Source: Nemertoderma westbladi
Taxonomy: Eukaryota; Animalia; Xenacoelomorpha
NCBI GenBank assembly: GCA_032718475.1
Contig: JAUCBJ010009025.1
Location: 1 to 61,713, forward strand
Reading direction: 5' to 3'
Length of the DNA stretch: 61,713 nucleotides
Each line of letters starts with the position of its first letter. The first letter of the stretch is position 1. Both the position numbers and the translations under genes were made by a program. Below are positions 13,197 through 26,961 of this stretch, piece by piece. The notes under the pieces are model-generated. The model did not search any database and was not told the DNA's origin. It was given only the letters and a program-made list of their open reading frames with translations.

Positions 13197-14357
13197 ACTA
13201 CTACTAGGTCGAGCGAATTTGGACAGTGGAAATGAGATCCTTCCAGGCTTCCCGATTCTCCATAGTTGTCGCAATTTCGTTTCTCTCAAGTTCAGTATCC
13301 CTTTCATGCTGGACTATATATGTTATAGCCAGTCATCCATGGGTCAGCTTTCCATGTGTTGGTTGCCAGAAAAGTAGATCTGGTATGACCTCGTCTTTAC
13401 TTCTCCAGGAGTGCCCACTGAATCTTAATATTATGGTTGGTTGATACAGGTGTTATTGTACCATAGAGCTTGGCGTTTGTTATGTGTTGTCGCCAGCTGA
13501 TGTTTAGAGCTGCCCTTAGTAGTCTTGTGTAGCAACCATCAATTCGTTGTTCAAGTGATTTCGTCAGTGTGTCCAGGTGTTGCCCCCTTATAAAAGTACA
13601 CTTTCAACATTTCCAGATGGTTTCCATTTTTTGATAGAGCTACCCATGCCTTTGCTTTATCTTCTATGTCTTTTTAACTACACCCTATCCATGACCCAAG
13701 GTACTAGAAGTCGTCGACCTTCCTTAGTTGATTATTATCAATTGTTGTCAAGTTTCCATCAACATTAAAAGTCATGAATTCGGTCTTGGTAGCATTTAAA
13801 TATAATCCAACCTCCTTAGCAGCCCTCTCCACATTATTTAGTAGAAGCTGTGCATCTGCTAGCGTATTAGAGAGCAGGGCGATGTCATCCGCAAAGTCGG
13901 TGTCTGTGACTGTAGTTGCCGGATATCTACTTCTTCTGCGTTCTTGAAGTTTGAATCCCAGATCTTCCCCCTTTGTGGCCGTCCTCATTGCGTAATCCAG
14001 CACGATTACAAATAGTAATGGTGCTAATGTGTCGGCACCTTGCACCAGGATTTATAAGAACTCAGTTTCACCATCTGGTGAGAGTACCTGAGCTTCTGTG
14101 TCGCAATATAACAATCCAATGCCAGCAACAATTACATCTGGTATTCCATAAGCTCTTAGGATTTCCAGCATTTTACCTCTATGGATGGAGTCGAATGCTT
14201 TCTTGAAGATTACAAAAGTCAGGAGGACTGCAGAGAGATTCTTTGACTCAATTCCCTCAATCAGTCTTCGTAGCGGAAGTATCTGAGCTATTGTTGATCT
14301 ATTGGGTCGAAATCCATTTTGGCTCTTATGCAGCAGTTTCTCTATGTGAGGCCTAAT
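13197..14357 (-). pseudogene. RTE-clade LINE, 3' portion, frameshifted
   Basis: QNGFRPNRST, FKKAFDSIHR, DFADDIALL; (CTA)n tail at ~13197; highly similar to 33956..35067. Confidence 0.88.
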
Positions 14358-15167
14358 AGGGTTTGGTGTACGAAAAAATTGTTGGGCTAGAAACAATCGA
14401 ATAAGGGGAAACAAGGTGCTCTGAATCGAGTGGCGGGGTGTGTTTTTTTTTGTAAAAACACAAGGAAACGGTCTAAATGGAGGGTTTAAGTAAGCCATTA
14501 AAGGCAAGGTTAAGGAAAACAATTTTGAAAATCGGCTGTGATTGGCTGCTACATATTTGAAGTCATTACGCAGTGCTCTGATAATTTTTTTATCTTGGTA
14601 TCTATCGATAGAGATTTTCGATCGATTCAAATACATATTAAATCTCAATCATTTCACACGTGACTTATATTAATCGAAAGCGGAGAGTCTTGCGCGTCTT
14701 TTGACACTACAATTAATTAAATTCAATGTGATATAATATTGTTTCCAGCAGTATTTCCAGCAGCAATACTGCATACTTGAGTATAGTCTGACGGTAAGGC
14801 CACCAGATTATTAGATTTAAAATAACATTAAACTTTTAATACCGGTCAGCCGGTACTATAATATAGTAATAATTGGCAGTAGGCTACACTTGCATATTAA
14901 AAAATATCGCTGGTAAACCCAACTTAATTAAGTAAAGCAGCAATACTCAGATACTGCAATAGGCTGATAGGACTGAGTCAAGCGCTGACCAAGATAAAAA
15001 AATTATCAGAGCACTGCGTAATGATGTCAAATATGTAGCAGCCAATCACAGCTGATTTTCAAAATTGACGTTTGTACAAAAAACACACCCCGCCACTCGA
15101 TTCAGGGCACCTTGTTATCCCTAATTCAATTATTTCTAGCCCAACAATTTTTTCGCGCACCAACCCT
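14358..15167. mobile_element. ~810-bp MITE with long terminal inverted repeats inserted in the RTE; apparent 2-bp AT TSD (ISL2EU-like)
   Basis: AT|AGGGTTTGGTGTACGAAAAAATTGTTGGGCTAG ... CTAGCCCAACAATTTTTTCGCGCACCAACCCT|AT; the arms match over ~200 bp; the uninterrupted site is visible in the RTE copy at ~25235. Confidence 0.8.
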
Positions 15168-15204
15168 ATTCTATAGAGTATAGTATATATATATATATTT
15201 GTTG

Positions 15205-16022
15205 TATGATATCATACTATTTACTATGATATTATACTATATACTATGATATTATACTATATACTATGATATTATACTATATACTATGATATTATACTAT
15301 ATACTATGATATTATACTATATACTATGATATTATACTATATACTATGATATTATACTACAGTATATACTATGATATTATACTACAGTATATACTATGAT
15401 ATTATACTACAGTATATACTATGATATTATACTATATACTATGATATTATACTATATACTATGTATGGTATTATACTATATACTATGATATTATACTATA
15501 TACTATGATATTATACTATATACTATGATATTATACTATATACTATGATATTATACTACAGTATATACTATGATATTATTTCTTATACTATGATATTATA
15601 CTATATACTATGATATTATACTATATACTATGATATTATACTATATACTATGATATTATACTATATACTATGATATTATACTATATACTATGATATTATA
15701 CTATATACTATGATATTATACTATATACTATGATATTATACTATATACTATGATATTATACTATATACTATGATATTATACTATATACTATGATATTATA
15801 CTATATACTATGATATTATACTACAGTATATACTATGATATTATACTATCTACTATCATATTATACTACAGTATATACTATGATATTATACTATATACTA
15901 TGATATTATACTATATACTATGATATTATACTATATACTATGATATTATACTATATACTATGATATTATACTATATACTATGATATTATACTATATACTA
16001 TGTATGGTATTATACTATATAC
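15205..16022. repeat. AT-rich minisatellite, 20-bp unit ATATACTATGATATTATACT with occasional 5-bp insertion variants
   Basis: About 40 direct tandem units are visible. Confidence 0.95.
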
Positions 16023-16229
16023 TTTATTGTATATCTTATATATCACTTACCCTTAAAAAATATTAGAAGACTTATTTAAAGGTAAATTATAAATACTAAT
16101 AATGTTATAATATTTTATTATTATTCTGTAAAATAAATATTTTTAATCCTTTTTTAGATTACGCTTTCCTTGTCTGCTATGATTTTTAATGTATTCTGAG
16201 AGTTGGATGCATTTACACATTATTAAATA

Positions 16230-17560
16230 ATAACGAACCTGCCCATTAATAGGTCAGGGTGGTTAGTTCTTGTCAAGAGTTGAGACGTTCAAAAACACGT
16301 ATGTTTATGTTTGTGTGTATAACCATCCAATATCTCAAAAACTCAAGCAAGTACTCAAAAATTTTAAAAGCAAACTCTACATGAATTTTGGTTGCCCAGA
16401 AGACTGTATATTTTTTATGGCGTTTCGACCACGGGGTCACTGAAAAATAGCGGATTTGAAAATTTAAAGTTGAATTTCACCGATTTCAACTCGTCGAGTA
16501 TGCACCAACTTTTTATTTGAGATAATTCAGTCATCTGAGCAACATATTTTAGCCTCAGAATCTTTTCATATATCGCCAATCACCCACATAACGTCGCCAA
16601 ACTGTGTTATTCCGGCAAAAAAAACGCACAAATTTGTCTAAAATTGTAAATTATTGGTTGCAAAATAATATGATTCAATTAGAAAAGCCAGCAAGCTGGC
16701 TATAAGATATAATATATGCTATATAGGCTATAAGCTATGATAATATGCCGTCCATAGACAAACGTAGTGTAGTTGGGTCCCTCCCTCCCTATTATTGAAC
16801 AGCTTTGCTTAAGTCTGAGAGACAGTAATACCAGCCCCCACATGTCATTATTATTAACCTATAAAACATTTGAACGGCCCAGTGCTTAAAATTCAATCAG
16901 ATGGCGTCCCACCTATACATAGCAGTGAGTAACCTTATAGATATTTCCATAGGATTCACTGGGAAACATACATAGTGGATAATTTTACAGGATAATTTAA
17001 TTATAAAAATATTACAAAATTCACCTTAAACTGATAAACATTAAGAAAATGGTCAACGTCATATTTTTCAGACATTTCGCCATCTAGCGGTAGATATGAG
17101 AATTACGGAGTTATTATGGTCACCACAAAGATACAGGCCGTGTTCTAGTACATTTTTGACAAGTTCAGCTCGAACGGATCATAAATAACAAAATGGGAGA
17201 GGGATTTCACCTTCAGACATTTCACCCTCTAGCACCGGTCTGTAGAATTGCAGACGGAATAGCCTTCTTGGTAAGACACAGATAATGGTCTCGTACATAT
17301 CTGGTAAGTTTTAGTTTTAACGGATAAAAAGTAAAGAAATGGGAGAACATTTAATGTTTAGACATATAGCACTCTAGTGGGACACTATTGAATTGAAGGT
17401 TTCGGAAATTGAATTAAATTCAACTTTCGGTCGGTCCTATTGATATCTACAAATTTTCAACTCGACGGCTCTCAATTCGAAAATAAAGGTCATTTTCTGA
17501 AAAGTTATTTTTGACATGCTATTTTCGATTGCTACTAAAAGTTACTCTACATTTTCAACT
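16230..17560. mobile_element. Probable non-autonomous element (Helentron/DINE-like) with ~145-bp internal repeats
   Basis: GTATGTTTATGTTTGTGTGT followed by ATATCTCAAAAACT near the 5' end; AGACAT...TCTAG repeats at ~17069, ~17214, ~17359; boundaries approximate. Confidence 0.35.
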
Positions 17561-18144
17561 TTACTTAATTGACAAGGTATCTTCTATTAGTCTGCATAGC
17601 TCACTACATAGAACCGGACTTCTTATACTACTATACGACAACAAAGTATTACCGGTACAAAGGTAACAACAATTGCTTTTCAGACTGCAGAATTCAATAT
17701 TATTTATATAATTTGTTATTATATAAAGAAAGAATCTCGCACACAATCAAATTTTACAGTTATGTATCGATAATAATTTATAACAAACTTTCTCCTAAAT
17801 GACATACTTTAAAAAATTTAGCTTTAATATATATATTATATCAACAATGTACAAACATGACATCAAAGCAATGGATGATGCTTCAGTGGAATATTCACTG
17901 ATAAATGTAAAAAAATCAATTTTGTTGTTATATAAAGGCGAAATAAATTATTCACTTAGATGATATTATTCAAACGATTAAGCTCCATAACTTCGAACCA
18001 TGAAGTACGTATGAAGCTATGAAGCTATGCAGTAAGTATGTAAGAGATACGTACAATAAGCTAATTGTAAAATACATATATTTCTTGCAACCCATGTGAA
18101 GAATTCCAGTTTTCACTTTTCGTTCGATTTATGTTTACATACTG

Positions 18145-18330
18145 TAATAATAATAATATGAAATTTGTAAAGCGCACTTTCTATAGTAACCTAAAAATAA
18201 AATAGTTCAAAAGCGCTGCAGCTGGATTCATTGAAATGTCTTGTTTAAAAAATGTGTTTTCAATTCCTTTTTGTAGGCTGCAAGTGAGTTCTCGAAGCGA
18301 AAACTGCGTGGTAAACTATTAAAAGTAATG
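18145..18330 (-). mobile_element. L2-like LINE 3' tail
   Basis: (AAT)n followed by TTTGTAAAGCGC...AAGCGCTG, as in L2 3' ends. Confidence 0.35.
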
Positions 18331-18439
18331 CATATATTAGCTCGGTATAGGTCGGTATTAGCTCGGTACAGATCGGTATTAGCTCAGTATAGGTCGGGAT
18401 GTATCTGTATTGCATTGTCATATCTCAGTATACCTTTAA

Positions 18440-20330
18440 CCCTATTAAACCTGATGGGGGAGATCAATATGACCTACCCGTGGTTATTTTTATAACTCAG
18501 TTGGGAATCTTAAATTTTACGACATTACGACATTTCCTAAATATCTATTGCCTTCCCAATATTGAAAACGGGTTTCAAAAATATTGGGTACTTTTCGAGT
18601 TATAGCATCATTTTTTACACCCTATTTGGGGCACTGTTTTTGAGACGTTTTTTTGAAATTATATTTCCTGAATTATGATTAGTAACATCTCTATTTTTTA
18701 TTTACACCGGTTTTTGGTGTTAGCAATTAGTTTGAATTCATATAAATTAATTCAGCAATTTCAAACTTGTTTTTTTCGCCAGGTGCTAAATTTTGGTGCC
18801 AGCACCAAATTTTGAAATATTTCAATTGATAGATTTCAATTGATGGTTCAAACAATTGATTGTTTGAACCAAGTTTTTACGCAATACGGGTTTAATTAGG
18901 GTTCTGGTTTCGATGGAATATATACGAGTTCGTTACACCAGACGAATCAAATCTTTATTTGGTAACAGTGCGAAATTATTAAAATCCATTCAATAGTTCT
19001 ATAGATTGTGACAACTTATTTCTCGCATTTTAGATGTTTATGGCTGTTCTGAATTCAATGGAATAAATATTTATCTAACTAGACATCTCAAACTTGTATT
19101 TTTCGGAAGTAGGTGCAAAATTAGCACCAAATTTTGAAACCCATCAAATATAGCAATTGATTGTGTCACCTTGTTTCTCGCGTTATACGGGTTTGTGAGG
19201 GTTCTGAATTCAATGGAATGAGTAAAAATTGCGTAAGTGTTATCTAACTTGTATTTTTCGGCGGTGGGTGCAAATTTTTGTGCAGTACCAAATTTTTGAA
19301 AATAAGCAAATTGATCGATTGATAGTATCATATTGGTTTCCTGCGTTATCCGCGTTTATGAGGTTCCTGAATCCGATGGAATCTATAAAAACAGCACTGG
19401 ACATCTCAAACTTGTACGTTTTGGTGATGGGTACGAAATTTGGTGCTAGCACCAAAATTTGCCAAATTACTGATTACTATTACAAATTTTGTGTTCTAAC
19501 TGAAAAGTGCTGGTTACTTGTTTTTTTCTTTTTTTTTCCTACGCAGAGAGGACTAAACAGCCATTTATAGTAATCATATCATTTTTAAATATTTTCCAAT
19601 GTATTTTGAGCCCAAGAAAACCTGTATTGAAAAACAATTAGCCGAAAAATGTAACTTTCAAATTTTGTGAAAATTGTGCACTACTTGTAATTTTGGTGCT
19701 GCAATTTAACCACCCAGTACATTTTTTAGAAATTTTTTTTTTCGTTCGGATCCAGAATAGTGATACCTACGTATAAACAAAAAATCAGACGTTTTTGTAA
19801 AAATTTGTAGATTTTAGGGGGTGGGGGGGGGGGGGGGGGGGTTCAATATGACCCCCCCCGCGTTTGGTTTGTGAGGGTTCTGAATTCAATGGAATCAGTA
19901 AAAATTTCATAAGAGTTTCAAACTTGTATTTTTCGCCGGTGGGTGAAAATTGTTGTGCCAGCACCAAATTTTTGAAAATAAGCAAATTGATCGATTGATA
20001 GTATCAAATTGGTTCCTGCGTTATCCGCGTTTATGAGGTTCCTGAATCCGATGGAATCTATAAAAACAGCACTGGACATCTCAAACTTGTACGTTTTGGT
20101 GATGGGTACGAAATTTGGTGCTAGCACTAAAATTTGCCAATTACCCCGAAAAATACAAGTAGTAATCATCTGGCAAATTAGAAATGTATTCCATTAGAAT
20201 CAGCGCCCGAGGAAATATGGAAATTTGAATTTATAGCATCGTATACGTGAGATAAAAATTTTGTGTAAACTGAAAAGTGCTGGTTACTTGTTTTTTTCAT
20301 TTTTGGCCTACGTAGAAGACTAAAACAGTT
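18440..20330. mobile_element. Non-autonomous piggyBac-like element built from tandem internal repeats, rearranged
   Basis: TTAA|CCCTATTAAACC..GGGGGAGATCAATATGACC at 18436; related GGGGTTCAATATGACCCCCC at ~19840; internal block ~19190-19520 is duplicated at ~19867-20310. Confidence 0.55.
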
Positions 20331-20844
20331 TCGTAAAATTTTATCGCGAAGTTTATGTCCAAATTAGTAATTTTTGTATAAAAACATATGTTTTCAACGG
20401 TTGTCATGGTAACTGCAAAATAGAACAATCAAATTCGGACGAATATGAAGTTATATAGTGGGAGTAGGGGTTGGTCCCAACTCATGACACCTTATCCTTA
20501 GGCTTCAAATTAACATTTTATAAATTTTAACATCTGATTAGCCCGGTTGCCAAGGTAACTGGATTTTATATTATTTAATCGGCTCTGCTATGGACCTTAT
20601 AGTTGAGTTGAGAAACCACAAGTTTCTCAACTTCGTGTCAGGTCAGGATTCTACGTCATTGATCAAGAAAACTTGCCACCTCCATGCAGCATAAAGGAGG
20701 TGCCACCTGTAGCTGCATAGACCCTCTTACTAGGGCAAATCTGGTCCTTTGACTAGGACCAAGTTGTACCAAAGGCTAGGTGAGTGCAACAAACATTTTC
20801 GCTATCTAGTCTGATTTGGGCAGGGGGAACTAGCAAGTGAGAGG

Positions 20845-21716
20845 GTGAGGGGGGTCGCCACAGAACTGTTCGAATTGTGGCGATCCGAGGTGGTGGAGGC
20901 CAGTGTAGTGTACATAGGGCCTTATCTAGTAGATGCGAGGGGGATTAAGTTAGTAGGATGGGTGGACCCGCACGGTGCCGAATCCGAGGTTATCCCCGAA
21001 GATTCGGTGTCGTCCGTTAGTAGAAATCCCAGTAAGTACGGGAAAATTAGTAGGATGAGCAGGCGACTGGAGTCTGTCGCAACCAAAAAGTCCGTACATC
21101 CTCCGCGAAAGCAAGAAAGGTGTTAGAGATAGATCTGGCGTATCAACTAGACATTGTCGCGCTGGATCAAAAGGAACTAGAGAGACAGCTGGATGAGGGG
21201 ACTGCGTTACTAGAGAGGGAGAGGGAACTAGCGAGAGAGTGTAAAGATAGGGCCGAGAGGGTGGCGAGAAACTATAGAGAGCGTGATGAGAGAGAAATGG
21301 GTGAGTGCAAAGAGCAAAGAGCAGATAACGAGCGCAAAGAGCGAGAGAAGAAGGAAGAGAATGAGTGCAAAGAGCAAGTGACGAGGGAAGAGAATGAGTG
21401 CAAAGAGCGGGAAGCGAGGAGAGCTGAGAGGATTGAGAGAGAAGTGAATGAGCATAGAGAGCGGGAGGCGAGGGAGGCAGAGTTGGCTGATCAGAGTATT
21501 AGAGAGGATAGAGAAAGAGAGACGGCGGGCAAACGTATACGGGATGATATGCATACCTGGTTGAGGGGGTTAATGCAATATCAGACGAGACAGAAACGCC
21601 GATTAGAACTGGCAAAAATGGCTTTATCAGAGAGCGAGGCTGGTTCGGGAAGTATTTATGAGGAACCAGGGGTGATGGAAACCTGTGCCAATACCCCACT
21701 TACAGGTAGTGGATGA
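20845..21716 (+). pseudogene. Frameshifted Glu/Arg-rich coiled-coil ORF, possibly a BEL/Pao gag N-terminal fragment
   Basis: PEDSVSSVS followed by long ER/ENECKE charged repeats in a purine-rich block; family inferred. Confidence 0.3.
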
Positions 21717-21846
21717 CAGACTCAAGACTGGTGTGACCGTACGGGCGGGGGGGTTGTGTTTGAGTTTGGGTTTGTGTGGATTTTGTGTAAACTTAAAAGT
21801 GCTGGTTACTTGTTTTTTTCATTTTTGGCCTACGTAGAAGACTAAA

Positions 21847-24800
21847 GCTTTGGCGACAGTAGATGCATCAGTTTTAATGAGAGGAGTCGCAACTAAGAAT
21901 CGTGTTGCATGATCTATTATGGTTAGTACATGAGTATAACCCGAACGCTGTGTTGGTAATGGACCCACTATATCAATAGCGGCAAATTCAAACGGCAATA
22001 GCGCTGGTCCGGTTGGTAATGTTAAAGTTACTGGATGAAATTGCCGATAACCTTTTTGTGAAGCACAAGTGCGGCAGTTTTCAACAGTCGAATGTACCCG
22101 TTTCCAAAGATTGTTGCACCATAAACCACCTGTAAGGATACTCAGTCTTGTCTTTTTGACACTAAAGTGCCCTGAACTATGATATTTACCAATAATATTA
22201 TTAATCTCATTTTCTGGAATTACTACTCGTCCAAAATAATATAAAATACCATCTGTAATAGTATAATTTGGAGGTATTTGTTTGGAATCTATCAAAGTTT
22301 TAATATCTTTATCTTCAGATTGCCTTTTGACCCAATTGGAATTCAGACAAATGCTAATTGCTGCACATTGAGCTTTATCTGATGGGATATATTCGGGTGC
22401 TGTTGCATTTAAATTGAGATCAAAATACGAGCGGCAAAGTGCATCAGCTACAGTATTATCTTCACCCTTCCGATATATAATTTCAAAATCATATCGGCTT
22501 AGAGTTTCCCTCCAACATGCTTGTCTGTCACTGTAACAATTACTCCCCCTAAATACAAGAGCTATTAAGGGCTTGTGATCAGTTATTACTTTAAATGTTC
22601 TTCCATTCAGGTACGTATGAAATTTATGCACGGCCCATTTCAAAGCCAAAAATTCCCTATCTGTTGTGGAGTATCTTTTTTCTGTTGGAGTCAGTTTATG
22701 AGAAGCATACGCTATGGGTCTTTCATCAATTATTGATTGACATAATACAGCTCCAATCCCCACTGAACTTGCATCTATTTCTAAGACAAATGGGGCCTCA
22801 AAGTCTGGCAAACGCAATACCATGTTTTCATCCTTTAAACATGCTTTCAAATGGGAAAATCCTCGTTTGCATTCATCATTAAATTTAAACTTATTTGATG
22901 GTAAAGTTTGAGCTGTATAGAGTGGTGCCGCAATAGTTGCATAATGATGAATAAATTGTGAATAGTAACCGCACATACCAGTGAACGTCTGTAATTGTTT
23001 TGGTGTTTTAGGTTCGTTATAATTCAGAATACCCTGAATCTTCTCCGGATCCGTCTTCATTAGGCTATTTTCAAATATAAATCCAAATATTTTTATTGAT
23101 TGTTTTCCAAACGAACATTTTCTTGGGTTTAGTTTCCATCCATCTTCGATTAATCTCGAGAAAATATTTTCCAGCATATCAATATGTTCAGGAACATTAG
23201 TTGATGGAACTACAATATCGTCTAAATATGGATCAGGTAATTTCCTTGAACTTTCTGGTAGGTATTCATCTGTTTTTCTAACAGTTTGACGTATCTCTCT
23301 TTGAAACAATGGAGGACAGCGGTGAATGCCATATGGTGCTCTTGTAAATTGGTAAAATCAATTTCCTGCTTGAAAGGCAGTTTTGGGGCGAACTTCAGGA
23401 TTGATCTTAATTTGCCAATAGGCTGATTGTAAATCCAATGTACTAACAACCGGACAACCTGATAATTGGTCGATTATATCCGCTATGCGTGGTAAAGGAT
23501 ATTGGTCATGGTCAATGAGTTCATTAAGTTTTGAATAGTTCACACAAAATCTCTTTTTTCCTCCTGGCTTAGGAGCCAACAGGGCTGGGAAAGCCCATGG
23601 TGATTTACTAGGCTCTATCACTTTCATATCCAACATTGTTGTGACATGTTCCATGATTTCTTTCTCCTCAACTGCACTCCACCTATAATATAAGCACTTT
23701 GAAATATCGGAGTATGATCTCTAGTCTCAAAATTAAGTTCGGCATGTTTATAACATCCTATATCTTCTGGAGAATTACTAAAGGCATCAGAGTATTTCCA
23801 CAGTAATTGTGAAAGTCTACGCTTTCATTCTCATTCCAATGAGCCGGTAGGCTGATAAAAAGTCTTCTTTCGAAAGTTCGTTTTTAATTGAAGCAGTTTC
23901 TGCAGGTAGACTAATTCGGGATAACCCAAAGTCGATAATTGCTCCACATTTATACAATATATCTCTGCCAATAATAACACCGAAACGATTTGAATCAATA
24001 ATACCGAACCAGTGATTACAAAGTTTCCCACCAAGTTTAAATTCCAGCATTGCATATCCTAATATTTGAAATGGATTTCCAACCAATGCCCTAAGTGTTC
24101 TATCTCCACTGCGAGTTTCTGTTGCAAATGATAACAATTGGTCATCATTCGGAATTAAACTAATTTCTGAACCTGAGTCAATTAAAGCAGTATTATGTTT
24201 ACTCATATACCACCTTTAACAAACTCAACAGAAACTGAACTGGCTGTCAGGGAACTACTGGACTGCGTTAGTTCGTCCCTGACAGCCCCGACGAGTTTTT
24301 TGGCTTCACACAGTATCGAGAAATATGCCCACATTGCCCACATGTGTAGCAAGTTAAATCCTTCCAACAGCGTTCAACAGTATGCCCAACTTTATTGCAT
24401 GTTGAACATTTGAGTTTCATTCTTGATTCACTCCTATCGGTTGAAAAGTTCCTTCGACCGGTAATTCCTGCTGCAAGCACGGAAGTTTCCTCGGGATCCG
24501 GAAGTTGTTGGATGAACTCAGCAACATCGTGAGAAGTTGCCTTCAGATTAGTCGCCCTCCATGCGAAAACCGTGGCTTTAATACTTGTCGGTACGCTGTC
24601 AACTAAACGCTGAACAACCGCATCATCGCCGAGCGAAAGATAGTACTACGATAAAAATTTCAATGTAATTAAACCTTTCTGGACTTCAGAGGGTTTCTCT
24701 AATTTAAACTTCGAGAAATCAACACTGGGCGATACCGGTTTCTTGCACTTATACTATTCCTTTTCCAGTGCTTCGATTACAGTTTCAAAAGTGGAACGTT

Positions 24801-25186
24801 TATCAATGAGTTTGTACTCCATAGTGATAAGCAAATCTTCGGATACAAATTGTGGGAGCCATGTTAGTTTAGTTTCACCATCCTTGGAATCAATATTTTT
24901 ACGAGCATAGTAGGCTTCTAATTGTCTCTTCCACGCGTTAAATGATATGGAATCCACACTAAGATATGGTAAACTACCCGGTGTCATTATAAACTGTTAT
25001 ATTTACACACTGCGCCAATGTTAAGATAACAGGTACGGTACTGAAGTAGGGTATCTAAAAGTCTGTCTTTCTCACATTGCTACATTCCGCATTATATTAA
25101 ACTAAAGAAAATAATCTCAAATCAAATCTCCCTCCATACACAAATAATGCTAAAGTAATTCACAACAACTAATTAACTACGTTACA
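21847..25186 (-). mobile_element. Ty3/Gypsy LTR retrotransposon, degenerate and truncated within the integrase
   Basis: Gag with two CCHC knuckles (CSTCNKVGHTVERC, CYTCGQCGHISRYC), protease LIDSGS, RT SPWA/LDLQSAYWQ/YLDD, RNase H EIDAS/TDHKPL, integrase HSSGH..CRTC and IDIVGPL, in PR-RT-RH-IN order. Confidence 0.93.
25019..25186 (-). repeat. 5' LTR (168 bp) of the Gypsy element, with adjacent primer-binding site
   Basis: Minus strand TGTAAC...TAACA immediately followed by TTGGCGCAGTG (PBS-like, 25008-25018) and the gag ATG at 24987. Confidence 0.75.
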
Positions 25187-25945
25187 CTTGGTCGAAATCC
25201 GTTTTGGCTCTTACACAGTAGTTTCTCTATGTGAGGCCTAATCCTATATAGAATCATTTTATTGTATATTTTGGCAGCTACCACAAGCAGACAGATCCCA
25301 CGATAGTTTGTTGGTATGCCGAGGTCTCCTTTCTTGGGGAGAGGCTTTAGTTGACCTTTAGTCCAAATTGGTGGTGGCTTTTCCCCTTTTAACATCCGGT
25401 TGCAAACATTCAATAATGGTCTGTTTAGCACTCCGGTTTTCCATACCTCCGCTGGGATTTCATATAATCCACTCGCTTTATTATTGGACATGCTTTTAAT
25501 GCTTCTTTGGAGTTCGGCAGGTGTGAAGTCCCCTGTTTCTATAGGTAGTGTCTTGTCATATATTTTCCTTGTAGGGCTGACCTCGATGTTTGGTGGCTGC
25601 CCAAGCAAGTTGCTGAAGTGATTTTTCCACTTCCCAACACGTTCTTCAGGACTATCGGCTTTGAGGCGCCCCTTTGCACAACTTTTCCGACCAGATGCCT
25701 CATTTACAGTTTGCCAGGTAAGTCTTGATTGTTGCTGTATGTGAGCAGTTGTAATTGCTTCAGTTTTATCCTGTATGTACTTTTCCTGGCTGATGTTGTA
25801 GGCCAATTTAAGATCGTCTTTGGCTTTCTCAACCTTGTTAATGTTTTCAGTTGTTGGTTGTTCGGTTTTAACTTTGTAGGCTATCTTAAGATCTTCTCTC
25901 TTACAAGTAACCTCAGAGTTTTGCCACAGCACATACTGTTTTCGT
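25187..25945 (-). pseudogene. RTE-clade LINE fragment (pre-RT and RT N-terminus), interrupted by the Gypsy
   Basis: WKNHFSNLL, KASG..EIPAEVWK, PLPKKGDL..PTNYRGI, SQNGFRP, cut by the LTR. Confidence 0.88.
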
Positions 25946-26643
25946 TTGGGTTTCTGTATATATATATGTAATATGTATAATGTAGCTGAAATTCAGTATG
26001 CTGATTATTATTATAGTAGTAGTGATATACATAGGTGAGAAGAATTTTGCTCGTCAGAAAATGTTTGTTTATGTGAGCAATCAGCATTGAGGTGCAATCA
26101 GAATGAATGGTTAGATGGATTACTACTAATCAATGTCACACAGTATTATTACCTTCAGAAACAGCTTTCTCCTAATACTACTAAAGTTTACTCCTTTTAC
26201 ATGGAATATATTTTTGTGTTAGACCAAGAGTGTTGGATTTATAGAAGGCTGAAAAGTGCCTTTTTTCACACAATTATGTAAATAGTATTATTGCACAATT
26301 ATGTAATTTTTTTTATAAGCTTGGTTTTGGTTTAAATTCGCCAAATCTCTCCATCTCGGCATGTTTCCATCGCACTAAACTAGGAAGAATATTCTTATTA
26401 TGATGATATAGGTTTTGAGGTAAAAACTGTAAATATGTAAACTGTAAATAATGCGATCAAAGTGAATGTATTTTTCCATTTTGCACGATTGCATAGTGTA
26501 AATTGGTCGAAGTAATTGTGTACATTAAAAATCGATTCCACAATTAACCAATTGAAGCGATCAATGCCTTTGATGTCGTGATGATTAGCGTATATACTAT
26601 TGACTCTTATAATACTATATATAAATTATATAATTAAATTTTA

Positions 26644-26938
26644 TATAAAAGGAATGGATATTTTTTAGAAATTCATTGAGGTTCTTTCTTGTTTAATCTG
26701 CTAAGATATTATATAGGACACCATTAGTTATATATTATATATATAGACGTTTTAGAAATATTTCACAAGGTAAGTAATATTGATTTTAAAATATGTAGCA
26801 CCAGTGTGGCATTTCAATAAATTTCTGTCCACCATAAGTTTCATAAAAATTTAGGTAACACACTAGACAATACATACTGAAAATAAAGTGTATTCTAACA
26901 TTTAAAGCACTAATTATTATGTTAATATTATTTTCTAG
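26644..26938 (+). promoter_or_regulatory. Putative TATA box, non-coding exon 1 and intron (26770-26938) of peptide paralogue 2
   Basis: TATAAAA at 26644, AAG|GTAAGT donor at 26770, TTTTCTAG| acceptor at 26938, 23 nt before the ATG. Confidence 0.5.
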
Positions 26939-26961
26939 GAATATCTCAACCAACAAACAAA

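Noticed and set aside
14358-14648. N-terminal part of the 198-aa ORF 14052..14648
   Set aside because: Chance read-through from the MITE arm into RTE sequence, not a real fusion gene
15205-16022. Possible CRISPR-like array
   Set aside because: Head-to-tail 20-bp units without unique spacers in eukaryotic DNA; it is a minisatellite
19071-20197. Duplicated short ORFs (e.g. VLAPNFVPITKTYKF)
   Set aside because: They arise from non-coding tandem repeats of a non-autonomous transposon
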